DNA from: Dimorphilus gyrociliatus
Lineage: Eukaryota > Animalia > Annelida
Length of the DNA: 64,000 nucleotides
Reading direction: 5' to 3'
NCBI GenBank assembly: GCA_904063045.1
Contig: CAJFCJ010000070.1
Span: forward strand, 95,496-159,495
Positions 37,097 to 47,209 of this stretch are shown piece after piece (positions within the stretch are counted from its first letter, which is position 1; every line of letters starts with the position of its first letter). The notes under the pieces were generated by a model, which worked only from the letters and a program-made list of their open reading frames with translations, was not told the origin of the DNA and searched no databases. The position numbers and the translations under genes were made by a program.

Positions 37097-37360
37097 AGAA
37101 AAACACTTTTTGTCTTTTGCGGTGTAGGAAATAACGGAGGGGATGGCCTTGTCATTGCGAGGCACCTAACAAGCATTAACTTTAAGGTGAAAGTTTATAT
37201 TTTGGAGTTCTCAGAAAATCGATCTGAAGATTTTGAAACCAATTTATTGAAAGCTTCAGGCTTTTGGAGCGCAAATACTCTTAGTACAAAATGCCGCTGG
37301 ACTTAGTGAAGATGACTTCCAACAAGGTATTATTAATGATGCTTTGTTTGAAATTGGACT
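37097..37360 (+). pseudogene. nnrE: Bacterial-type YjeF_N / NAD(P)HX epimerase fragment (Bacteroidetes-like)
   Basis: KTLFVFCGVGNNGGDGLVIARHLTSINFKVKVYILEFSENRSEDFETNLLK, then after a +1 frameshift LQAFGAQILLV...IINDALFEIGL (GNNGGDG and DALFGxG motifs); no introns. Confidence 0.85.
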
Positions 37361-37855
37361 ATTGAAAAAATCAAAAGCTTGATAACTATGTTTTTCGATA
37401 TAACTGTCTACTCTGTACGAAGCATCTGTTGCATCTTTAAGGTTCAAATAATCTCATGAAAAATTAAAATCCTCCATATTTAAAATATATTGACGTGGAG
37501 TTCCGTTCTCATCTTCTCGGAAGACAGTTCTAAGAATTTCATGTCGTTCAATTACTTGATGTCTGCGTTGAGAAGAGGAAAGTGGATAACTTTCAGCTTC
37601 TGGTGCTTTTTCATTACCACCTTCTTGACTTTCATATAGGGAAGAAGTAGTCTTTAAATAAGCAATAAGCTCCTTCTGATTTTCTTTTATTGTTTCAATA
37701 GTTTCAGAAGCAATATCTTCTGAAAATAGAGATATCCAAATCCGTGTGTCTACGTTTGCAAAGATGGTAACAGTCTCGTTTTGTTGTGTAAATTGAATTT
37801 TTTCTAATATCGGGTGGCATTTAAGTAACAAAATATCTGGTATTTCTTTTATCAT
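37360..37855 (-). pseudogene. Bacterial NRPS fragment (N-terminal docking region + condensation domain start)
   Basis: IETIKENQKELIAYLK...KAPEAESYPLSSSQRR|HQVIERHEILRTVFREDENGTPRQYIL...FS*DYLNLKD...YIEKHSYQAFD: YPLSxxQ and RHExLRTxF C-domain motifs, with an in-frame deletion and one TGA. Confidence 0.8.
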
Positions 37856-38107
37856 TTTAGTGATGTGTACATTTATTTATGTCTCCATTTACTGAAATAG
37901 ACAGTCTACTAATTTGAGGGTCAAATTGCTACCAATAAAATCTCCAGCCCCTAGCAAATCAATTATGACGAACTTCTGGATCAGCACTTGACCGATTCTT
38001 TTGAGGAAAGAACACTCAACTCCTTCCCTATTCCGGTAATATTTGATAATTATCATTCGTTAGACACTCCGACAGCGACCACTTGCTATGAAATTAGTTG
38101 CTTATTA

Positions 38108-38252
38108 AAGAAGTTCACTTGATTTTGATTTTCAGTAAGAATACAGACAGTGAAACCATGGCCTATCGATCCGTTTGTCATTATTTAAGAGCTTCAAGGA
38201 AGAGGTGTCAGAGAAGTTACCACAGAGATAAGTGTTCATGGTGACGTTGCTA

Positions 38253-38286
<34 letters not shown>

Positions 38287-38295
38287 CGAAGAATT
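38108..38295 (+). rRNA. 28S rRNA fragment (3' domain; non-functional)
   Basis: ttgattttcagta.gaatac...gaggtgtcaga.aagttaccacag.gataa...tttgatccttcgatgtcggctcttcctatcattg is the conserved eukaryotic LSU segment; about 20 nt deleted after gataa. Confidence 0.92.
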
Positions 38296-38409
38296 TTGTC
38301 TTAGTACGCTTCCAGTAGAATAGCCAGTATTGTTCTTGATTGTGGTGACAGTGTTACCCATACTGTCCCAAACTATGAAGATTACGCTCTGCCCCAAGCC
38401 ATTCTTCGT
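38296..38409 (+). pseudogene. Actin fragment
   Basis: [35 protein letters not shown] vs actin [35 protein letters not shown]. Confidence 0.9.
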
Positions 38410-40211
38410 AAATAAATTAATTTCGGTTGAAATTTTTGTATTCTATAGAAAAAGATGGAAAATGATAAAAAAATTAACATTGGACTTAATCAAGATTATT
38501 CTAGATTGAGAATAATTATTTTGAAGAGAATATATAGGGCACTAAAAGCATTATCTATCCTTCTGTTCCTTTCTTTCCGTTGCTTATTTTTATGTTTTAG
38601 CTATGTCTTACTTTATCATTTACAAATTCATCAACGAATCTTTAAAATGAGAAAGGTGTGAATGGCAGCGATACTAAGAGAACAACTATATTATCTGTAA
38701 GTCCTGAAGGCAATTGCTTTTTTCCATTTGGCGTTTCCTGCTGTCAGCTACAACGTCCAGTTTTCTTCTAGTTTTCTAAGGAATGAATGCTTTAATAATG
38801 AATGCTTTAATAATGATTCTTAAATAAGTAAAGCAACTTTACCTTCTCTTGATAATTTGGAGCTGAAGGAATAGATGGAAATGTACAGACAATAACTCAG
38901 ACGCATCTTTTTCTTTGTAATGAAATCATCTTTAAATACAGTTCTTTTTCCAGATTTCTTTCATTCAGATGGAGGTCGACTAACACACTGTCGTTTGGCG
39001 TCTCCCTAACAACTCAATCTCAAATTAACTTAATTATTTCTCAAAAAATTGCCAATCGATTATAGATAATGAAAATGACCCTTAAGCCTATAGCTATGGC
39101 ATGTTACAGGTTAATTATTTATCTATCGCAATTATAATCTATCTATGACAAATCAATCCAGGTAACCATCTAAACAGACAGACATCCGACCACCCTTATA
39201 CTCTTCCTTCAGCATGTTTCTCTAGGTTACATTCATTTGAAGTCTTTTTCTTTCTCCTCCCTAAAGAGGGGATTCTCTATTTCCAAACTACAAATGGAGT
39301 TTACTTTCTGGTAGGAAACTTTGTTGGGGACCATTTCAATCTTCTGATCTAGCTTTGACAAAGGCCAAACCTGTGTAAAGTTCTCCCAACTAAAACACTC
39401 GTCTGTTATTTTAGAAGAAAAATGTCTGGTTCATCTCGCCTATTTCCTCTTCCTTTACTCTAAAATGGTGTCGCAAATATGCTAAACATCTAGCAAAAGT
39501 AGGATTTGATCCTTTGATTAAGAAGGATTGAAGAGGATAGAAGCCAAATTTCTTTTTTTATTAACTAGGAAATTCAGCGAAATTGAATGCGGCGAATTTC
39601 CATTCTGTTCTAAAAAGTCACACAAACACCTTACTGTTGTAAAGGTGAAATGCTCTGTACATTCTTATTTATAAACGAAAAGTCTATTCCTAAAAAGGAT
39701 CAACTATGCCCAACCGCTTTTCAATTCTACAGCAGGTGGTAACAGCACACTGAAATTGAATTACCCCGGTTAGTCATTCGGGGATTGTAGTGAGTTTAAC
39801 TCAAGTTAAACAATTTCTCCTCTTCTCATTCTCTTTTTTGAAGACTGAGGTTATACTTTCTTTCGTCGAATAATCAATCACAGCCATTTCCCTTATATAG
39901 TGGAGGTTAGGGACACTTCGAGAATCTTCTCTGATCTCAGCTAATCAATACTGAATGCAGTAATAGCGTTTTATATGCTTATAATCAATAACATATTGCT
40001 TAGTAGACATGGAGGTAAACATCTTCAACAGTAGTTAAGCAAAATTCCTATCATGTTGATAACATCAGATTGATTGTTTTCATTATCAACAATTGGCAAT
40101 ATTAATTCCTTTTGAAATTTATTTATTTAATCTGGTTTAGGGAGAGAAGAAAAAATATATAAAAGAACATCTAATTAGTATTCACAGGGAAAAAAATTAA
40201 CTTTAACTCTC

Positions 40212-40533
40212 ATGGAGCTCACCAGAAAACCAAACAGATTCCCAATGGTCAAGGAACTAAATGATTCAATTTCCGGGTTAGGTAAAATCTGTGTTACTAT
40301 AAAAACGATTACCCCATACGAAAAGTTTGATAGTACTTCCTGGAAGCTAATATTGAAGATTCTGAGAAATGATAATGAAGAGCTTCTTGACTCTAGTAAG
40401 CACCTTGAATTTCTTCTACAAATCTTTAAGAAAAGAGGGACATTTCCCTTCTTGCTTTTGCAGATGATATGGTTATTATTGGATCAAAACTCGAAGAAAT
40501 TCCAGCTAACCTCGACACATAGTGCTGCAAAGA
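40212..40533 (+). mobile_element. Non-LTR (LINE) reverse transcriptase remnant
   Basis: EKFDSTSWKLILKIL (KAFDxVxW-like) and, in another frame, ISLLAFADDMVII; internal deletion; cut at 40534 by a MULE terminus. Confidence 0.7.
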
Positions 40534-41105
40534 GGGATCAACAGAAGTCACCCAGGACAGACGACGCTGAGAAATAGGCATAAGTCGCCCAGAACTGTGA
40601 TTGAAGTTGCCCACAGACAGAACTTGCAATTAAGAATTCCTCCACATCCTTATTAGTTCTAATTGCATGTTGATATACTGACCATTGTTTTAGTGACCAA
40701 GTATCATTCATAATCTGAGACCTGAACAAATCTGTCATTCTATATCTTTGTACTGAAATGCTCCCGTTTCTATTCTTACGCCCTCAACATATTAATATTT
40801 AGAATATCATCAAGGATAATGTTCGGCTACCAGAAGACGTAACAAACACGCCACCACAGCTATATTTATGTGTCGAATATGTAAGCAATTTGTTGCTGGC
40901 TTATTACTACTTTCCAGTCCACGGCTTTGAGCATCTACAAACTTTGCCTGGACCTTTTGACTTCCGGGGGGGATTGTAGATCCATTTCGGATATTATTTG
41001 TAATATTCGTTATTGTTTTATGCAGTTCTTTTACGGGTGAATTGAAGTCAAAGGAATGGTTAAAAACGATATGTCCGACCTCTTGCTGGATTTGTCTTGG
41101 CAATT
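40534..41105 (-). mobile_element. MULE transposase remnant with family-E terminal repeat
   Basis: gggatcaacagaagtc(a/g)ccc sub-repeats at 40534-40620 identical in design to 47489-47580; minus strand WSLKQWSVYQHAIRTNKDVE and LLRLLVAEH are MULE C-terminal motifs. Confidence 0.7.
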
Positions 41106-41299
41106 TGAAAGAGCAATAAATGAAGAGCAGGAATAGTTGTAAATAATAATAATTTATAATAATTTAATTGATGATACTAGAAGGGGCGTTGACATTTTAT
41201 TCAATAGTTCTAACAATTCACTTCGCTGTTGATGCCATCTTCCTCTTCTTTCCCGTCCTAGTCGCTGCGATCCTGTTTGCGGCGTTAATAAGGGTGAGT

Positions 41300-41658
41300 T
41301 CAAATGATTATGAACGACACTTGAAACTTAGCCAGCTTAGAATTTTTACTATTCATAAAAGGAGAAATGACCATACTAAATTGATACTCTTTGTCACTTT
41401 GTTTATAAAATTCTTGAGTAATGTTCTTCCCCCAGCGCTTCTTAAAGTGCATACGTGGTTTATCTTGGTAACCAAGTTCTAGAGTATGGAAGTAATTAAG
41501 GAACCCTTCCAATAGATTGTCCAGGATAGCTTTGTGTTCGATCATTATTACCAAATTACCAAATAACAAATAAGTGGGATTCATGGACAATGCAATTGGA
41601 ATTAGTGTATATTGTTGCGCCATGAATACATATGGCTTTTTATCAACAATTGTTTTAG
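41300..41658 (-). pseudogene. Uncharacterised ORF resembling the C-terminus of SAMD3-like transposon-associated proteins; bounded by a MITE
   Basis: NPTYLLFGNLVIMIEHKAILDNLLEGFLNYFHTLELGY; similarity by eye only. Confidence 0.3.
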
Positions 41659-41865
41659 GGATGTGGTAGAAAACGGTCATAAATCTATGGTTTTACCCTA
41701 ACCCTAACCCAGCCCTTGTTTTTGTCTAACCTTTTTGAATACCCCTAACCCTTAGATGGGACCCTCCTAAGAACATATCAACAGTTATCTTATTCCTCCT
41801 AACCATTTCCCAGGCTGAAATCTAACTTTCAAATATTTCATTTATGGCCGTTTTCGACCGGTCCC
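41659..41865 (+). mobile_element. MULE-type MITE (family B, subfamily 2)
   Basis: Ends ggatgtggtagaaaac / gttttcgaccggtccc; perfect 9-bp TSD ttgttttag (41650-41658, 41866-41874). Confidence 0.92.
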
Positions 41866-41964
41866 TTGTTTTAGTCGTATTGTCTAAAATATTTATGATA
41901 AAACTTTTGTAAAATAATTAAAAGGTAAAATATTTATTATAGAAAGTAAATAATGTTTTTAATT

Positions 41965-42080
41965 GGAAGTCTTAGATTTAACTTTTTATTTGAAATAAAC
42001 CATTTAAATTAAACACTTTGTTTAAAGGTTCGGGTAGAACCAATACTGCTGTAACTTGTGAACAAGTAAATTTGCCAAGC
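41965..42080 (+). mobile_element. Repeat family A 3' tail
   Basis: aaataaaccatttaaattaaacactttgtttaaaggttcgggtagaaccaatactgctgtaacttg. Confidence 0.6.
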
Positions 42081-42189
42081 AAGAGAAATACATTATTAAA
42101 TTTTATTTCTGAAACATCAATTGTTTTTGACCATTCTATATCCAGGTTTTTTGATTCTCCCTAAAAAAGAGGCTTCCATGTTAGTTCCC

Positions 42190-42500
42190 GTTTTCAAAGC
42201 AGCATTCCAATATTCTTCTCTCTTTTCATAGCTTGTCAGTTCAGTTCTCTAACCGTTAACTAGTTGTTTAAACTTGCTTGTTTAGAACTAGAAAATCATT
42301 TACTCAGCATTTTGCTAATTAATTTCTACCGAAATTACATTGATTAAGACTATTTGTGGACGAACTTGGAAAGTTCTATTTGTGTGAGTACTTTGATAAG
42401 TTGATAAATAATTGGAAAGGACGAATACTGTTCTGAAGAAACAGAAATTCCTACAATTACTATACAACAAAGATATTGTTCACAAAAATTTCAAGATTTA
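42190..42500 (-). pseudogene. LGR-like GPCR fragment (family C)
   Basis: gttctatttgtgtgagtacttt and cttgtcagttcagttct shared with the 23.4-24.2 kb and 49.0-49.2 kb copies. Confidence 0.45.
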
Positions 42501-42619
42501 TTTGTCTATTCATTCTGCTTGAATTTAATAACACTAGTTTTTTCTGCTCATGTTTTCTTTATATTGGAAATACTTAAAGAAAGAATTTTTTTTAACTCTA
42601 CCAAAATATTAAAGGTTAC

Positions 42620-42900
42620 ATGGCAACAGAAAATTATACCTTTCTTAGTCAATGCAGAAATCTGTCTTATTGTTTTTACTATCACTTTTTGTGGATTTTT
42701 TGTTTTTCTCTTTGCATTAATTTATAAAATGGGTTACAAAGAAATATTGGACTTTTAGCAATGAATTTGTCAACATTCTTTTAAACCTCTGGCAACAAAT
42801 ACCGGTTTATTACTCACGGAAAATTTTCATATTATTGAATATATGATAAATGTTGATAAAAATATTTGCTTAGCAACCAGATTTCACAAATTGTAAGTTT
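42620..42900 (+). pseudogene. Class A GPCR TM2-TM3 fragment (family D)
   Basis: LSLFVDFLFFSLH*FIKWVTKKYWTFSNEFVNILLNLWQQIPVYYS, then (frameshift) INVDKNICLA; paralog at 34430-34730. Confidence 0.5.
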
Positions 42901-43734
42901 TTTTGAGTGGAAAAAGTGAATTATTTAACTGATAGAACTTCCTTAATTATCTTTTGTTTATTTAGAATGAAGATTATGACATTTATACAACCGAATTTAT
43001 AGAAAGGACTCTTTAAAAAATTTTTTTTTACTTTACAGTAATTTTTATATATTTCAAATTTTCACTAAAACGGAGGAAAAGAGTTCTGTCTTGATCCCTT
43101 TTCATTCAAAAAAGTTAGATAATACTCAATTAAAAATTTTTTATGACATTTTCTGACTAGTGTTAGACAACTCTAGAACAAAAAAAAAATAGAGAATATT
43201 TCATAATGAGGAAGAAAAGACTTGAATCGAGGGAAAAAATCTTTGGATTAAATAAAAGATGGTTATCTAGAATATCCAAAGAACTAAATGCAGCTCGCAG
43301 TGTTATACAGTAAAACCTAAAGAAGAGGATCAAATGTCCTTGAATGGAAGACAAATCCGGGCCTGATCTCCCCAAGAGACAAGAGAAGTCTTATAATTAT
43401 TCAAAAGAAAAACTCTGTCAAAATTGACACTTTGTCTTATGGTTGTGAGGGTGATAACGGGGTGAATATATGATGGCGTGAATGTTTGACTGTAAACGCC
43501 ATCCATGATTCGTGTTCCATGAACTACCATTCTCAGTCGCGAACCATAGTCGCGGATTGTGCGTTCAAGAATTCACCCCTTGAAATATGTATATGTTGTA
43601 AGTGGGTCAAGTTTGCTTAGTGACCTTTAGACAGGCGTTGAGCAGTGCCTGATAGTCATATATAAAGGCACGAACAAGAACCCTTATGAGCCTATAGCTC
43701 GAAGCGAAAAAACCAAAAATAGATTAAAGACGGA

Positions 43735-44600
43735 TGGCTAACAAAGCATATCCATATATCTAGAACAAAAAAAGCGGACAGCAGCGACGTTTAATACAAA
43801 CCGCTTTATTCAGCAAGACAAGCTTATAAACGACTTATAACAATATTGCTTAAAAGCGCAACAAATATCTAAATATTTGTTAAATAAGTTCTGCAGTTTT
43901 GGAAGTTTTAAGAGTATATTAAATTTATTTTCATAAAGATATAAAGAATTATTTAATTGTAATATTTTCAAATTTAAAAATCTTGAAAAGTACTTTTACT
44001 GATTGAAGATATTGAGCAGTATGCTATTTTTAAAATTTGAAGTTTATGTAAATGTTTACATTTTATTTTAGATAAAATTGATATTTTTGTTTTTGATGTC
44101 AAGATCAATACGAAGTGGAATTTTTTTAAAAGATATATCCTTTTAAAGTGTGTTCACTTATATCAAGAATTTTAAGAAGTTTAATCATACTTATTACTTT
44201 CAAATTGTGAAGATTATTTTCCTAAGATTTAAATGAATAGCATTGTTAATTGTGATTTTTTCAATTTGGCTGAAAATGCAACTTTCCATTTTTCTAGAAC
44301 TCAACGATCCAAAAAAAATTTTAAATTATCAAGCCGAATTATTTCTGTAGAATTAATGATTTCGCTTAAATCTTTCAAATTAAAGTTACTTTTCTACAAT
44401 TGTCTATCACATTCTATTGAACTATATATGGAATATGTACAATTGTTAGGACAATTTAATTCGTCACTTTCCTCTCTACAATTCACAAATTCTAAAAGTT
44501 TCAATCATTTTTCTTTCATTTTTACATTTAAAATAATTAGAAAGAAAAAAATTGTCTAAATTTTCTTTTATAAAAGAAAAGAATTTAGTATAGATCTTAT
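43735..44600 (+). pseudogene. Possible F-box/LRR-like remnant
   Basis: TATA-like tatataaagg near 43660, ATG at 43735, LxxL-periodic fragments; weak. Confidence 0.25.
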
Positions 44601-46000
44601 AACGATTCTTTCCATCACAAATTTGAACAACTGATATGCAAAAAGAAATAAATTTGCACTTATATTCACCTTTCTCCACATTCAACATTTATACAATTTT
44701 CAAGATCCAGAAAAGGAGAATGAATTCTATTCCTTAAATTTCCCATAGTATCATAAATTAGTTTACATTGTGCAGAATAAATATTTCTTAATAGTCCTTT
44801 TGGATTGTATGACTGATATTCATTTCTTTTTAAATATTTCCAAGATACTTTATTAAAAAATTTGAGCACCTTTTTATAGTGTAAAAATAAGTTTGTTTTT
44901 TAGTCATAAAATGCTTGGAAAAGTCAGGAACTCTAATAAAACGATATAGACAACTAATTCCAACTTAAAATCTATTAACTAACATAAAAAAAATGGAAAA
45001 GATTCAGCCTATAATATTAGATTTACTTTTAAAAATTAAGAATATACTTTTATCTAATAAATTTTTTGAAAATAATGAAAATTCTTTACCAAATTCATAT
45101 TTTTTCTACCAAAATTGAAAACTGCCTTATGACGGGTAATTAACTCCTGCTTTTTTGCTAAGCAAGAAGATAGGACTTCATTTACTTTATCTTCATCCTC
45201 GGCATGTACTTCAATAATACAATGATAAAGTTTCCTTTCCTTAGTTCTCATTAACAGTTGTTAAGAATCTTTTAAATCATTCTAGAGTATTCTAGAAAAT
45301 ATTTCATTAGTAAATTGCTCAAATGCTTCATTATGTGGGAATCTTCAAACAAGTTTACTTCTATAATTCGACATCTACTCCACTTTTCTTATTCCACATA
45401 ATATCATAAAGAAATCTATTAATAGTTAAGTTTCTTCAATTGGAAAGTCTGATAGCTATTTTATTATCTTACCTTTTATTTCTTTTATTCAATCGAATAA
45501 ATTGCTGACTGTTTATTTTGATATCCAATATTAGGCCTCTAACAAATTCTATATCTTTATTAGAAATATCAAACTGTTTTCTGCATTCTTCTTTTAAATT
45601 ATTCTCATCAATAATTGGATTAAATACTTCAACAGAATTTTTCCTTTCATTTAAATTGAAATCATTTTGAAATCTCTCTTTAAAATCAGCAAGTAAAGGA
45701 GCATTTGCCAAATTTCTACAAAGAGCTACAAGAGAAATTAGAAAGATGTCCCTTTCTTCTATTGAAACGGCTAATTCTGAACTGATATTTCGCTTAAGAG
45801 ATCGAAGTAGTTCATTTGCCAAATAGCATGTTCCCAAACTATGTTCAAACTATTTTGAGTAGCAGTTGGATAAACCAAAAAACATGGGCCAAGTTGTTTG
45901 ATATACCGTAAACGTTGAAATTGAGGTGTGTCAATGACTTTAATAAGTAGAAGATGAAATATGCAATTTATAATTATGGATGTATTGATAGATATATTTC
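44600..46000 (-). pseudogene. SAMHD1: SAMHD1-like HD-domain gene (decayed, HD motif substituted) followed by RNI-type LRR-like sequence
   Basis: [41 protein letters not shown]...ERDIFLISLVALCRNLANAPL; after a phase-2 intron FLYDIMWNKKSGVDVE; EAFEQFTNEIF; LMRTKERKLYH; FNFGRKNMNLVKNFHYF: collinear with the SAMHD1 HD domain. Then MGNL...FLDLENCINVECG...QICDG. Confidence 0.85.
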
Positions 46001-47209
46001 GTATAATCAGAATGATTCATGCGCTTTGTTCTTTTAGAGATAGTTACTTAACTACTTTTAATAATTTTTTTTAAACATTACATCTTATAGTCTACTCTCA
46101 AAAATTATTAATTTGATTTTTCAATAATAGCTCCCTCCATTATCTAAAGTAGATTTATAAAAATCATGAGACAATTGTTATAACTGTAGCTAATTACTTG
46201 AAAAAATGGTCTTTAAGATATACCTAAAATATATTTAATCAAATCCATTCAGACATATAATACCCCAATTTTAAAAATGATCACGCAACCATCAAAATGC
46301 AGAAAAAGAGGTATATTAAAGTAGGACATTTCTACTAATAAACGTAATTAATGATTGACAATTGACAGTGAGAGTTCCTTTTTTTTGTTTTTAAAGCATA
46401 TTTAATCAATTTACAGATGATTTTCTTCTTTCAATTCATTGTTTGTTAAGTTAATGATGAATAAATAAAAAATGAATATAGATGAATAAATATCATTTTT
46501 GTATTTTTGTTTGTTTATCTCTGGAGAGATGTCAATACTGACTGTTTTTAAAAAAATACCCACTAATCAATGGAAGATCCAAAAAATGTGATCAATAAAG
46601 CACTCATTTTCATTACCCACTGACCTAATCTTTTTTGCAATGACTGGTAAATTCTTATCTTTATCCGCTGGGACTTAAACTACTTGTTATTTTTTAAAAG
46701 TTTGTCAAAAATTTTTGATTTTGTTTCTTTTTAGCTATTCTTCTCCTGACTGCAGAAGATGATATTGCGAGGAATAAATGGCATTTCAGAGTTCAACCAT
46801 TTATCTCAATTCCTAGTTTGGCTACTGATAGTAATGTTGAAATTGACAATGTTTTTTGATAAATGAGATCAAAGTTCACGAAAATTTTTTTTTCTAAACG
46901 ACTTTATTTTGTATTTCCAGCTTTTGAAGTATTTAAAAACCGATCAAAAGTTAACAAAATAAATCCCTTGTTTGGGAAAACTGGTTGATATTAAACTCTG
47001 TATTACCAGGCGTAATTCCTGACAAAGAAAGTAGTTACTTACTTCCTGTTTACAAGATTTGAGAGTGGAAAAGTAAAATTTAAAAAGTTTCCTACAATAT
47101 TGGTGAGTCGATTAAAGACAAAATATTGCGAATAAAGGTTTAATGTTAGATATTAATACAAAATTATGATTCATATCAAATATAGGGTGTAAAATATGTT
47201 TTTTCTGAC

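Noticed and set aside
37870-37980. LLGAGDFIGSNL as a bacterial NAD-dependent epimerase fragment
   Set aside because: Only a short GxxGxxG-like resemblance with no supporting flanks; left unassigned.
38108-38295. Functional rDNA locus
   Set aside because: Under 200 bp, with an internal deletion and substitutions, and no flanking rDNA.
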